Source: Eledone cirrhosa (taxonomy: Eukaryota). From it: a stretch of DNA of 64,000 nt. This document shows, one piece after another, positions 1 through 13,108 of the stretch. The stretch is from the NCBI GenBank assembly GCA_964016885.1, contig OZ024740.1, positions 184,946,001 to 185,010,000 on the forward strand, written 5' to 3'. Both the position numbers and the translations under genes were made by a program. The notes below the pieces were generated by a model, which saw nothing but the letters and a program-made list of their open reading frames with translations, was not told where the DNA came from and made no database searches. Every line of letters starts with the position of its first letter. Position 1 is the stretch's first letter.

Positions 1-1006
1 ATCCTCCCACCCCCCTCTCTCTCTCTTAATGTCCTGTAACACATGAAACAATATTACCAAGATATTTTTGAAAAGTACAAAACAGCACTACAACTGCATT
101 ACATTAAAAATAAATGTTGTTACTTTAATGTATTGAAAATGTTTACAATGATCTGTCTACTAGTAAATGCACTACAAACATTTGAAGTAAGAAATCCTTT
201 TTCAAGACGTTTTCTCCTAAATCCTTAAATCATTTCAGGAGAATGAAAGTTAATCAATGATAAAATATCCAGTTTTCCCAACTTTTATCGAAGAAGTTAA
301 AATAGTAGACACTCAAGTAAATAAACTTGCATAGAAACAGTGATATCAATTCTATGGTGATTAAATATATTAGATTGAAGAATGGTGGAATTGCTACATA
401 ATGTCTTTTATTTAAAATTTCTAATAATTAAGCTAGAAACAAGAGAACCATTCTTTCATTTGGATTCATTGTAATTTTGTTAAAGAATTCATTGAATATA
501 TTCAACATAATATTTGTAATGATTTTCTTCTTCATTTGTCTTATAGTCTTACATTCCAAAGACTTTAACTAAATGCGTTTTCTAATTTTGCCATACACAG
601 TGCTAACTTTTTATTTATTTATATGTTTTGTCTGTCTTATTACATTTTCATATCTTCAAATAGAACTGATATAACCAATACAATATACTAAAAAGAAGTC
701 TTTAATTCTAGCTTATTGCAGATTCTATTAAATGGAAGTTTATGTAGATTGTATCATGAATGTTGTTGTTTAGCCCAAGGTCAAGTTTTACTGAGCAGAC
801 TGAATATCATGTACATTTTAGAGATGATCACCTCATTTTTTACAGGATGTTCAATGGGTAAAAATGTTTAATGAGGAAATATGATCTTAATTTGTATTTC
901 AGCTGTAAGACTGCTCAACATATTTAGAATGCATCTCACTAGCTCTTCCTATGATTTTTTTCTTAAAAACAACAGGTACCCCATACGCTGAATGTTCACT
1001 TCTTAA

Positions 1007-1560
1007 TCATCATCATCATTTAACATCCATTTCCCATGCTAACATGGATTAGATGAATTGCCCTGATGTTGTGAAACATGTCATATCAGGTGACAATGTT
1101 TTGCTCAAAGAACTGTTACTGGCTTGGTTTTTACAGCTGGATGCCCTTCCTAATATCAACTACTTTTACAATGTGGGCTAAGTGTTTTTTATCATGGCAC
1201 CAAAACGTCCCACTGAGAGGTTGGTCTGGATGCTTTTTGTCAAATCACCAACACGACCATTTTACAGAATGAACTGAGTGCTTTTTGTTATGTCACCAAC
1301 ATGATCATTTTACAGGATGGATTGGGTAATTTTTATCATGGCACCAGCACGACCAACTTAAAGTTTGGATTGGGTGCTAATTATCATGACACCAAAACAA
1401 CCAACTGACAGGTGGGACTGGGTGTTATTTGTCAAGTCACCATCATGACTATTTTACTGGTTGGACTGGTTACTTTTTTGTGTCACCAACATGAACACTT
1501 TATAGGGTGTACTTGGTGCTTTTTATTCTATCAACAATACTACCAACTTGCAGTATAGAC
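1007..1560 (-). mobile_element. Retroposon 3' module ((ATG)n tail, ...CCCATGCTA...GGAAGGGCATCCAGC) with about 8 degenerate ~48-bp tandem units
   Basis: (CAT)n at 1007-1020, CCCATGCTAAC, GCTGGATGCCCTTCCTAA, then repeated units resembling CACCAACACGACCACTTTACAG..TGGACTGGGTGCTTTTT at 1163-1560. The same module recurs at 21400-21622, 27850-28195, 45023-45297 and 46646-46897. Confidence 0.75.
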
Positions 1561-2245
1561 ATTACATTTAATAACTCACAAACATTTGTCATTGTTTAGA
1601 CTGAAGTAAATACTTATAAATCAGACATGATAAAAATGATACCAGCTCTCCTTCCAGGCATAGCTTATCTATGACTGTTTAAAAATTCTCTGCTCCACTT
1701 TACTAGTTCACTGTATTGAATTCTATACAGGCATGACAAAAGTATACAACACAATGTATTGCATAACATTATCAGTCAACAATTCAATATCAGTATCATT
1801 AACATTGACACTAAGGAAAATAAGTCTAGTATTAAAAGTGTCAATAAGGATCAAGAAGTTTTCAACTTAAAAGCAAATACCCTTGGAATCCAGCAATTCC
1901 CCTACCCCCACAATTACATTATTCAGTATATACCCTCTTCTTTTCGATGTTAGGTCATGATTGAAGATGATTTAGCTTTTGTTTTTAGCAGTTCAACTAA
2001 TTGCATAGAGGCCGCTTTGTTGGTTCAGAGATTAAATAGTTTGGTACAAAGCTGATCTATGTCACCAGCCATTCATGCTACCACTTTTATAATTTTCTTC
2101 TAGTGGATTGACACTGCATATTTATTTTCCCCCAAGCTACAGTAGAGGGTGGTGTTGGTATATTGGTTGTTTGGATTATTTTCACAAAAATTGTCTTCCA
2201 TTATTCTAATAATGTCACTTTTCTTGAACTGGCTTTCATTATTTC

Positions 2246-2428
2246 GTGGATTGGCAGTATCGGTAGAGGGTCGGATGCCATGCTTTGACGCATAGAGTTA
2301 CGGCCTTTGCCATTCTGAGTTCAAATCGAGGTTAACTTTGCCTTCCATCCTTACAGGGTCGATAAAATAAAGTACCAGTAATACACTGGGATAATTGCTG
2401 GCCTTGTGCCAAAAGTAGAAACAATTAT
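2246..2428 (+). mobile_element. tRNA-derived Nin-domain-type SINE, subfamily A
   Basis: A-box TGGCAGTATCGG, B-box GAGTTCAAATC, central GCCTTCCATCCTTACAGGGTCGATAAAATAAAGTACCAG, tail GGCCTTGTGCCAAAAGTAGAAACAATTATT. More than 10 related copies in the window. Confidence 0.85.
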
Positions 2429-2447
2429 TTCTTCTAAGCAAAGCAAA

Positions 2448-2627
2448 ATAATTGTTTCTACTTTAGGCACAAGGCCAGCAATTATCCAGTGCATTACTGG
2501 TACTTTATTTTATCGACCCCGTAAGGATGAAAGACAAAGTCAACCTCGGCGGGATTTGAACTCAGATCGTAAAGGGACGTAACTATGCTGGAAAGCATGG
2601 CGTCCGACCCTCTACCGATACTGCCAA
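2448..2627 (-). mobile_element. Nin-domain-type SINE, subfamily B, with target-site duplication
   Basis: Near-identical to 10211-10384, 12861-13045 and 46336-46510. Direct repeat AAGCAAAATAAT at ~2441 and ~2626. Confidence 0.88.
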
Positions 2628-3624
2628 GCAAAATAATACTTTGTAAATAAATTGGATTTGCTCTTTTCATAATTTTTTTCTGATATTTCATTTAATAAAA
2701 TTGTACTTTCTGTTTTAATATTTAAATGTGTTACGAGAAACTCATAAAACAAAGACATAAATCTAAAAATGCTTTGATAAGAAAGATGCTGTATTTCTGA
2801 AACATCTGGAAATAAATTTGAGTTAATTTGAGATAAAACAAAAAGACATTGAAGAGCATAGAAAAATATATGCAACAGTTAAATATATAATATAATATAA
2901 TATATATTAGAACAGTAATGAAAACAGATCTCTTGAGAAGTTCTATGTAAATTCCTGCTGAGAAGAACAAAAATATTTAAATGTTTACTTTAACTGTCAG
3001 GAAACATGAGCTCTTCTCAAATCCATCATGTTCTACACTTTATAAAGTACTTAGTTTTTCAAAAGATACTTTCCAGTGGTTACAGAACCAGACGACAAAA
3101 ACAGAATATAAGAAAAGACAAAGAATTTATTTATAAAAGCAAAGCAAATTGCCATGCTAAGATATATAGATATATTTTTGTATCTTACATGAAAGCTATT
3201 TCTGTAAATGTTGACAGAATTTAGACAGCTGACAGTTACATTTTGAGATCTGCTACAGATATTGATAGAAAGAATGGCATTGGTTTGGGAAGTTGAAATC
3301 ATAAAGTTTTTAGTTCATCTTCTATGAGTTTACCTTGTCCATGTATATTTTCTGTTCAAGCAATTAAGGAATATGAATGTTGTTACAAAAATAAATGAAT
3401 AAAATGCAAACATAGAAATTTATGCTTTTATTCATGTTTTCTCACTATTTCTAGTTTGTTTTGTTATCTCTCTTGATGTTTCCTTTCACTCTTTCTTGAT
3501 AATGTTCACATGTATGCACAGTTAAATATGTATGTGCATATATATATATATATGTCCAACCCATGCAAGCATAGAAATGGATGTAAAAAGATAATGATGA
3601 CACACACACATGCATGCATGTATG

Positions 3625-3655
<31 letters not shown>

Positions 3656-4496
3656 TAATTCTGGCAATATTACACAAATATGACCCTCCCCAAGTATAAC
3701 AATATATATATATATATATATGTAAATATCTTTAAGTCGTTTGGAAGCCTCGACAATGCAAATGGGTAAATCTCCGGGTAACAAGATCCGGTGGTGGATA
3801 TATATGATATATATGATATACATGAGAGAGGGGTGGTGGTGGAGAATTTACAGTATGATATTCCTGTTCTTGTTCTCATAATCATCATCACCATATATTT
3901 CATCATGTTTGTCAACATTACTACATACTATTCCATTATCGCATAGATTTATCTGTTTGTAGTCTTTGTCAATATAGTATATGAGTCAGTTGTATGAAAT
4001 CATCTCATCTATCTCCTCTTCCTCATTCTAATCATCATCATCATCATACACTTTTCCATGGTGGCATAGATTGATCTGTTCTTCAACTTTGTCAATACAG
4101 TATAGCAGTCAGTTTGTATAAAAGGTATTTACACTAGTGAAATCATCTCATTCATCATCACTACACTGATTGTTATGTAAGTGTTCTCAGTTTCTTGAAA
4201 CTAATTTACCAAAGGAAACGTAACACTTGATAAATTATACAGACCTCTGGCACCTGAACTTTTAGTATTATCTCATGTTGGAAACTATTTAGTGCTAACT
4301 GATCTAAGATTTCAAACTATTAGTACTATTTTTTAATGGGAGAAAGAACAGCATCTATGGCACTTTTTCAGGTTTTGCAAGATTGGTAGGGCGGTGCTGA
4401 CTTGGGAGAGAGAGAGTGAGTTGTCTTTAAACGAGAGAACTCTCCTAAAAGTTTGCAACAGAATAAAATATGTTAACAACACCCAAAAGCTAAGGA

Positions 4497-4995
4497 TTAA
4501 CCCTTTTGATACTAACTGCCTCTGGTTCTACATAGAATAAATGTTTGTTTTAAAGTGTTCATGTTTAAATATAAACCTTCTAGTATTATCTTTTGTAAGA
4601 AGATTTGCTTATGTTATGTTCTAAACACCAACATAATGAGAAAATAGTTGTTTTATTACTAAATTGCTTTAAATTTCTTTGTCTTCATCTTCTTCTTCTC
4701 CCACTTATTCCTGGGATGGTTGGTTGTGGAGGCAGGGTCCCCACGCACGTCTTCCAGCTGTCTCCAATTTATCTGGCTGGATCCCCAAGCAAGCCTGGCT
4801 GAGTTCGTGGATGTGATCCAACCATCTTGCTTAGGGTCTACCCATGGATCTCCTGCGGGCTGGTTTTGCCCATAAAAATATGTCCAGCGATTATTTCCTG
4901 AAACATTCTAACCACATGCTCGTAGTATTGGAGCTGTGATCTTTCAATTCTTAAAATTAATTGAAAACCATAAGCAGTATATTTAACTATAAACA
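4497..4995. mobile_element. piggyBac-type (TTAA-CCCTTTTG) MITE remnant interrupted by an RTE fragment
   Basis: Starts TTAACCCTTTTGATACTAAC. Body resembles 41790-42002 and 44420-44748 in reverse orientation. Confidence 0.5.
4683..4950 (-). pseudogene. Degenerate RTE-type LINE ORF2 3' end with (AAG)n tail
   Basis: Translates RIERSQLQYYEHVVRM (cf. RTE C-terminal R.RWYGHV.RM). Homologous to 19432-19660. Confidence 0.65.
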
Positions 4996-6611
4996 TCATA
5001 AGAAAAAGGAAAACTCTACATCCCAAAGTCATTTGAAGAATTGAGTACTAGTGATTGAATTGAATTTATTAATAATATTATCATATTTTCACTCTATACC
5101 TTTACTGTGCAACTGATCCCAGCTCTGTGTAACTTTGTTAGAGACAACATTTTGTTTGTGTGTTCTCACTTATATTTTTACAGACATTATACATACAACA
5201 TATTAATTTCACTATTATCACATGTGTTATTGAAGGCAATTAGAGGCTAACAGTCCTTGAGCCATGTTTTGGTTATTTAAGTGAACATATGACTGTCTCA
5301 CTTTCCCTTAACTGTCAATAACAGCTAGGGCTAAACAGTCTCATCTCTCTCTCTAGCAATTAGTTCTGTGTCTTAGCCTTGGTGGAATAGTTTCTACCAG
5401 ATACATAATCTATTTGGTTTCCTTTAACTCTGCAGGGCAAAGTAACTAATTGACATATGTATGTACATTCTTACAAATACTTTTATGTCAACTCTGCCTT
5501 CAATGTTGTTGTAAATTAAGATCTATTATATTTCTTTCCGAGATCTGTTGAATTTTAATCAGTATTTTCAATCCATGTGCTATGTAACTGATTTTGCATT
5601 ATTTAACCCAGATGATCAGAAGACGAATAATTTTCTATTGGTATATAGGAAGTATATGGAAAAATTAAATATAAATAATTATTGTTGCCATCTCTATAAA
5701 GAATCTTTAATCTCTTACATATTGAAGGTCCTCTTTGTAATATACTTGCAGTGCCAAGTAGTTATTCTCTATGTTGTGTATCTGTACAGGTCCTGAGGTT
5801 TAGGCTATGTTTTTGTCTGAAACTTTTTTTAAATCACTCTCAAGACATGGGTTTGTTTCCCTTTTCACTCCCTATATTCTGGATCCCTTAACATCTAGAA
5901 AATTTCTTTCTTTTTTGTTAAGTCTTCTACTGGGACTGATACTTCAAATAGGGGGAATTTCTTCTGGCCAATTAATGACAATATCTGCTCAATTAGATTT
6001 GTTCTCCATGAATGTGTTGATATATACCAGAGTAAGTGGCTTTGCTATTCTCTGAGATTTTTATTTGAAAATATAGTTATATAATTACTTTTCTGTTGGT
6101 ATTTCATATTGCTGGCAACTTTAACATTGTATTATTATTATTCACATACTTAGTTCAAATCCCACTGAGGTCAAATTTGCTTTTCATGCTTCCAGGGTCA
6201 TCATCATCTATGTAACAGTTTTATGCAAGTTTCTACTGCACTACCTGATGCACCACTATTTTATTGAGGTGTGTGCAGCACTGTTGTAGAATTATAATTT
6301 GCCACATAGTGAGATTTGTCACACCGTTACTGGTAGATGCAGTGATTTAGCTGCTGCATACTTTATGTACAATTTGAGATATGTATTTGAATAGTAACTG
6401 TCCTTCATACATGATATGTCAGGTGTATTATTTGTTTTTATGTTGGATGGTGTCTGTATATATTATATGCTGTGTTGAGTTGTTCAGGTTGTGTTACATT
6501 ATTGAGTGAAAATTGTGTAAGATGTGAGTTGTTGATGTCAAAGTATCAAGTATCAATTATGTAAGAGCAAGAGTTATGTGAGTTTTTATTTTATTGGGAG
6601 GTTATTGTATA

Positions 6612-6725
6612 TGAGTGGGGCTTAATGGTTAGAGAGTTGGATTCACAATCGTGAGGTATCGAGTTCAATTCCCTGACTGGGTGATCTGTTATATCCTTGA
6701 GCAAGACACATTATTTCACATTGCC
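6612..6725 (+). mobile_element. tRNA-head CORE SINE 5' fragment
   Basis: GGCTTAATGGTTAGAG...GAGTTCAATTCC...CCTTGAGCAAGACACATTATTTCACATTGC. Confidence 0.7.
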
Positions 6726-7440
6726 CCTTCTGTCAGGAATTGTGACAGGTAGATAGTATCAGCAATGGAAAGACCAATAAAAACAGAGTTTCCTTGGTCA
6801 GATTTAATGAATTCTGCCTCCACTCAGTAATTGTATGATGTCTGGTATCATGTCAATCATTTAAAAAAGGAATTGTATAGGATATGTATTGTTTAGGGAG
6901 TGTACTGTGATAATTATTTGAATATGTTTTGAGTAAGATCTGAGCTAAACCCAGCAGGGATATTTTTAGAGCTATGGGAAATGTTGTAATCTCTGGTATG
7001 GTTTACATGTTTTTGTTAATGCTCTTCTTTATCTTCATTCAAATATAATTATATGTGAGCCATGATAAAATGCACTGAGTACACTCTGTAGAATATGCCA
7101 TCCCTTGGCCTATCAGAGAAATCTGTAACTCTAGTTAATGTTGGGTCAAAGTCCAATTCAGGAATTTCTGGCCTAAAAGGAATTGAGTAGATATCATGAT
7201 CCACAATAGTTGCAGTTAGGAATATTACTTTTATCTGTTAACAAAGGGGATCTATCTGATGATAATAACAGTGAGGACTCGCGTTGCTGATGGTCATAAC
7301 CCTTGTTCATGCCTTCATGCCTTCATATAAGGCTTTTATATCTTTTCTGCCAGCAGCATTTTGAGGCTCGGCTGCTTTTGAAGACGACCACTTATCTTGT
7401 ATTTTTTTCAAGGTCCATTGAAGAGTTTGTTTACGGTCAT

Positions 7441-7698
7441 ATCATCATCATCATCATTTTACATCCGCTTTTCCCTGCTTGCAAGGGTGGGACAGTAACT
7501 GATTCTGGCTTGATTTCTACAGTTGGATGCCCTTACTAACACCAACCTCATTTACAGCTACTGCTGGGTGCTTTTTTGCCGTGGCATCGCCACGACCACT
7601 TTGCAGTGGAATGATATGGACCCCAGTCCCTATCATCTCATTTCTACAGCTGAGTAAACTGGAGCAATGTGAAATAAAGTGTCTTCTTCAAGGAAACA
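7441..7698 (-). mobile_element. CORE SINE, 5'-truncated (same family as 30326-30675 and 32762-33091)
   Basis: Closely matches 32762-33020; (CAT)n tail at 7441-7457. Confidence 0.85.
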
Positions 7699-7860
7699 TA
7701 TATAAATATATGCCATGGCAGAATAGTTTGATATTTAGAATAGATATAGAATAGTCCTGCATGTAAAAGGTGATTAAATGTTCTGATTTCAGGAAAGGCA
7801 CCCAGCTTTAAAACATTGTATTATATCAACTTGTCCAAACCATGGAAAAGTGAAGATAAT

Positions 7861-8048
7861 AGTTGTTTCTACTTTTGGCACAAGGACAGCAATTACCCAG
7901 TACATTACCGGTACTTTATTTTATCGACCCCGTAAGGATGAAAGGCAAAGTTAACCTTGGCAGGATTTGAACTCAGAATGGCAAGGGCCGTAACTCTATG
8001 CGTCTGAGCATGGCGTCCGACTCTCTACCAATACTGCCAATCCACTGC
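7861..8048 (-). mobile_element. Nin-domain-type SINE, subfamily A
   Basis: Reverse complement of the 2246 copy, with the diagnostic CTCAGAATGGCAAGGGCCGTAACTCTATGC. Confidence 0.85.
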
Positions 8049-8587
8049 CCTTGTGGAGATAATAGTGATGATGATAATGATCAAGTACCACCCATGAGAG
8101 AAAAAAGAGATTCTATAATGGGAATTAAACTTGTCATCTACCTAGTACTGGTGGCCCTATTACCAATTACAGTGTCATCTGAATGAATTTGACTGTAGAA
8201 ATAACAATTACAAATGTTTTTTTTTACTTGAGAAGTTTGTCAAACAGCCTCCTTCCTCACCCCATGAGAATTGCAGACAATTTACCAGCTACTTAAAAAC
8301 TAGTTCCTTCTCATATCCCATGAGAATTCCAGGCAATTTAACAGCTACTTAGCTTCACATGCTAAATTGTCCGAAATTCCCAAGAGACAGGAGAAAAGAC
8401 TGAATTGTCAAACTTATCCAGTAAAAAGATGTTTATATTTCTTATTTCCACATTAAAATTTGTTCAGAAGTCGCTTTGTGTAAGTATTGTGTTGCAAATG
8501 TTCAACTCCCTTGGTAGGATCTGCTCTTATTTCTGTTTTAAACTGCACTCATAGATCTCTTTTGAGATGTATGTATGCAAATATAAT

Positions 8588-8622
<35 letters not shown>

Positions 8623-9744
8623 CATCATCATTGGACATTTGTTTTTCTTGCTATCAAGTGTTGGACAGGTTCTTACAAACCAAGTGAATACTGCATCTTG
8701 CTTACATAAGTAGCTAAATTGTATAGAGTGTGGTGAGTACATTTTATCATTGAAACAGCACAAGAAAAGTTGTCATGTCTTTGATGCAAATGAAGAATCT
8801 TTTCGGCATTTTGTTTGATCAATTTTTTATGACTAGCTGCCTTTCTTATTACTAACTGCTATTCTGGGTGTACTGAATGTGTTTTATCATGTCACACCAA
8901 CATCGAAAATGTTGTTGTGCCCTTGTCATCTCTATTGTGAGATTCAGCTTCCATGCTGACAGGGTTGTATGTGTTTATACATGTATAATAAACATCATCA
9001 TCATCATCCTCACCCTTTTTGCATCTGTTTTTCCATGCTTGCCTGTGTTCCACAGGCTTATCATCTCTTGTTTGTGATTTATAGTATTTGATCAACAAGA
9101 TCCCAGACCTCATTCCCTTACTAAGTGGGGTGGAACTTGTGAAATCAAACTGAGGAAACAATGTTTCCATTTTGTCTTTCTATTACTGATGCTATCTACC
9201 AGTCGTAACTCTTCTGTGAGATTTAGTGTTTTGATATCCATTTTCACCATTTTTGCCCAGGTTTTCATTTGTTTTCATATATGTAGTTTCCCTCCACTGA
9301 GAACTCCAAGCCCATACCAGCGATATAATTTCTTTGAAAATATGTACCTGCTTATTCCAGCCAATTTTACAGATTCTGGTGGTGACCACTACAGAGGCAG
9401 GAAAGATGAAGTTGGTTTGATCACATTTGTTGTGCATTTCTCTTTGATGAGTGGAGCGAATAGTTAGTTGTGGAACAGTGTGAAAAATTAGAGAAAATCC
9501 CTATTATATTAATTACCTTATTGGTGTGGTTTTATTTACTATGACAACTAACATTTGCAAAAAGCTGGTATTTGTCTTTGATTCTCATTATATCGTTTTT
9601 TTTTTTTTGTGGCATATGGCATTTTTAGGGCATTTTTAACTCCGTGAAACCCATTCCTCTCCAGGTCTGAACATAGTGGATTTGTTTCAGAGAAGGATAG
9701 AAATTGAGAGAGGGGAAATGAGAAACAGTTATAGAGGATGAATT

Positions 9745-9890
9745 AACCCCAGTACTGGACTAATACCTTTTTTATCAACCCCGAAAGGATGAAAGGTAAC
9801 GTTGAACTTGACAGGTTTTGAACTCAGACAGCCTGATTGAATACTGCATAGCCTTCTCTCTGATATTCTAATGACTCTGCCAATTCATCA
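9745..9890 (-). mobile_element. Old Nin-domain-type SINE
   Basis: TTTATCAACCCCGAAAGGATGAAAGG...TTTGAACTCAG...CTGCCAATTC. Confidence 0.6.
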
Positions 9891-10210
9891 TCTTTTTCAA
9901 CACATGGTCTCAGATCAAATCAATGGCCAAACATTTATGCTTCTGAAAGGATACTAAATTCATTGCAATACAAATTATTCACTAGTAAAAAAAAGGCTGT
10001 ATAATACACATGGAAATATTTTGTGAAACACTCAAAATGCTATTAGGTGGTGACAAATGATATATCTTTCATTGGCATGTAGAGATATATCCATCTACTA
10101 TACTCTTTAAGGGGATCTTTGGCTGTTGAAAATATTTGTGTGACACTATCTCAAATACAAGAACATAATATTGCACCATCCTAGGTCAAGTTTTGGGATT
10201 GAATTAATCA

Positions 10211-10384
10211 AATAATTGTTTCTACTTTAGGCACAAGGCCAGCAATTTCCCAGTACTTTATTTTATCGACCCCCGTAAGGATGAAAGGCAAAGTCAACCT
10301 CGGCGGGATTTGAACTCAGATCGTTAAGGGACGTAACTATGCTGGAAAGCATGGCGTCCGGCCCTCTACCGATACTGCCAATCC
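10211..10384 (-). mobile_element. Nin-domain-type SINE, subfamily B (small internal deletion in the CCAGTGCATTACTGG mini-hairpin)
   Basis: Near-identical to 2448-2627 apart from the deletion at ~10252. Confidence 0.88.
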
Positions 10385-11445
10385 AAATAAAATAATACTA
10401 TGTATCAGGGAGCTTATTGTATCTTGACTACATCATTTAGTGTGTCCCCTTTTTTAAATATGGTAGGGTGTGATTTGAGAGAGATTTGAATGCTATTTCT
10501 AACATGTCAAGCAACTACATATATGATCTCTTAGTGGTTTGGTGTTTATACAATTAAAATAGTGGTGAAAGAGACAATTAAATGATTAGAATAATTTTGG
10601 TTGCGATAAATAACTATAATTTGGACTGTAAAAAGAACTCATAATAAATACATTATATATCCCACCAATAATTTCTAGCCACAGCATTAAAATATTAAAT
10701 TTTTAAATAAAAAAAATGCAAAATTTCTGACCTGATCCATTCCTTTATATGTTAAAACATATCAAATAAATTGGATGTGTTGATAAATTAATGCATTTCA
10801 TAGAAATCCTGAGAAATGGGGTTTTTATATACATATATGTTTTTATTTACGTAATATGACGGATAAACAAAATTTCAAATTCAATGATGTCTGCAAAATA
10901 ATACATCAACTAAATTTACTTTAACATGTAATTTCTTTTAAAGTATGTTTGTGTTGAAAATCCAGATAATGAAAAAAAGAAATGCCATTTGAAAATGAAA
11001 AAAAAAAAATTATAGAATATTTTTTTCCATTTTGTATATTTGTCTTGCATACATTTAATGCAACCTAAATATATTTCATGGCAACAATAATATTAAAATA
11101 GAAAGAAAAGCTTAATATGTATGATGTAATATAATGGAAAAATATTTATTTTATATGGAGGTTAAATTTTAAGTCTAATTTAGTTAGGAATATGCTTCTG
11201 ATTGATGAATTCAGGACAAATTCAGTATTTAAGCATTTTCTAAAAATATATATTTTAAAGATACCTCAAGGTTTGTTACAGCTATAGTTTTAACCTTTTG
11301 AAAAGTTGATCTTATTTTAAGCTACTGAAAAATAATCAGCAAAAGAAAACTGTTTTGAGAAATGAACTTCCAAGTTTAAAAATAAAACATAATACATAAG
11401 TCTATGCACATTTGATAGAATTTATATTTTTAAATTATATGTATT

Positions 11446-11477
<32 letters not shown>

Positions 11478-11822
11478 TATATATGTATGTGTGTGTTGTA
11501 AGAATTGCCTCATACATGGATATGTCAGTCTGACCTTTCTGTATAACCACATTCGATATTTTAAAGTTGCTTCTATTTTTAACTCGCCACCATCTTTTTA
11601 TTTCAATTTGAAAAGAAAGACACTATTCATTATATTTACATTATATTACATTGTATTGTTATTCTTCTATTAATATGAAAGTGAAGAACTTTGATTTTTA
11701 AAATTAACTCATGTCAATTTCCTTTCTTTTTATAATTTCAAGCTGGACAGGAATATGTTAATATTGATGTTATTCATATCAATTGTGCAGAGGTTTTGGC
11801 AGTGACTCCCAACTTTCTCATC

Positions 11823-11889
11823 ATAAAATAAAGTACCACTAATGCACTGGTTAATTGCTGGCCTTGTGCCTAAAGTAGAAACAATTATT
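11823..11889 (+). mobile_element. Nin-type SINE 3' fragment
   Basis: AAAATAAAGTACCACTAATGCACTGG...GGCCTTGTGCCTAAAGTAGAAACAATTATT. Confidence 0.75.
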
Positions 11890-12464
11890 AAATCAATTTT
11901 TCCATGGAATCCTGGCTTTCAATATGTATTTCAACTCAACAAACCTACATACCTCCAGTAGTCCTTTTTCAGACACCAAGGGCTCCACAGACCACAAGCT
12001 GTGAATTGTTAGGTTATATTATAAAGGACAAAGTTCTGGATTCTTTTTTTACCACTTAATTAGGAAAGGAATTGCAGCTACTATGACCCTTTATTTTTTC
12101 TATATCACTGAGATTGGTGGGGGGAAAGGAGGATATTATACAAACCAAAGACATAGCTTAAATATTTGCAACAGAATGAATTCCACTAAAGGTGTCCAAT
12201 GACCGGCAGTGGTGAAGTCTAACATTCATGAACTCAGATCATGAAAAGCCAAAATTATAGTGCAAGGCATCTTGTCCAGTGGTCTAGCAATTCAATCCCT
12301 CCACTACTCTGGATCATCCAGGGCATTCTTATTCCTGATGGAGGAATCCCTCTCTGATTGACCTCCACCACTTTCTGTTTGGTTTTGCTCATGTCTGGGG
12401 TGTAGCCATGCTCACCATGCTTGACCAGTTATGGGTTGATAAGGTTATATAACCCATAGTTGGG

Positions 12465-12633
12465 GTGCATGGCTGTTGACTCTGAGGAGTTCAACCACCC
12501 TTTTAACAGCTCTTGTTTTTTGTGCTGCTGGGGCTCCACTTATCTTCCTCACCAGACAAAGGTCTGGTGGGGTAGCCAGTTTAGTTGCCAACCATACAAC
12601 CATGAGGCAGGTTGTACTGGGTTACATGGTACT
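12465..12633 (-). mobile_element. Degenerate RTE 5'-UTR segment, homologous to 59962-60130
   Basis: Reverse complement CATGTAACCCAGTACAACC...ACTGGCTACCCCACCAGA..TCTGGTGAGG...AGAGTCAACAGC aligns by eye with CATGTATCCCAGTACAACC...ACTGGCAACCCCACCAAG..TTGGTGAGG...AGAGTCAATAGC. Confidence 0.7.
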
Positions 12634-12728
12634 ATTGTAAGCAGAAAACTGACACTATACTTTGGATTATAGTACCGAAATATTGGAAAAATATTTTTAT
12701 TTTTGATGGACACAGCATGGCTGAATGC

Positions 12729-13108
12729 TTAACCCTTTAGCATTTAAACCAGCTGTATCCTGCCAGAATTCTCTCAACTCTTTCTGTTCAAACTGTCCAT
12801 AACCGGCCACTCATACTGACATTAAGGTATTGTTCTCAAAATAAATAATATAGATTCTATATAATTGTTTCTACTTTAGGCACAAGGCCAGCAATTACCC
12901 AGTGCATTACTGGTACTTTATTTTATCGACCCCGTAAGGATGAAAGGCAAAGTCAACCTCGGCGGGATTTGAACTCAGATCGTAAAGGGTCGTAACTATG
13001 CTGGAAAGCATGGCGTCCGACCCTCTACTGATACTGCCAATCCACTTAAAGACTTTACTGCAAAAATACAATAGTAAATATAGAGTAATGTAAATGCAAA
13101 AGGGTTAA
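12729..13108. mobile_element. piggyBac-type non-autonomous element (TTAA TSD, 14-bp TIR) carrying a nested SINE
   Basis: TTAA|CCCTTTAGCATTTA ... TAAATGCAAAAGGG|TTAA. It is inserted in the TTAA of an older SINE head (GGCTGAATGCTTAA...GAAGTTT). Confidence 0.75.
12861..13045 (-). mobile_element. Nin-domain-type SINE, subfamily B, full length
   Basis: Near-identical to 2448-2627. Confidence 0.88.

Noticed and set aside
1163-1560. CRISPR-like regular array
   Set aside because: Eukaryotic context, whole units are homologous with no unique spacers, and there are no cas genes. It is a retroposon-internal tandem repeat.
9192-9500. Possible minus-strand host exon ending at CAG|GTACAT (~9348)
   Set aside because: No good acceptor, no recognisable protein and no partner exons.
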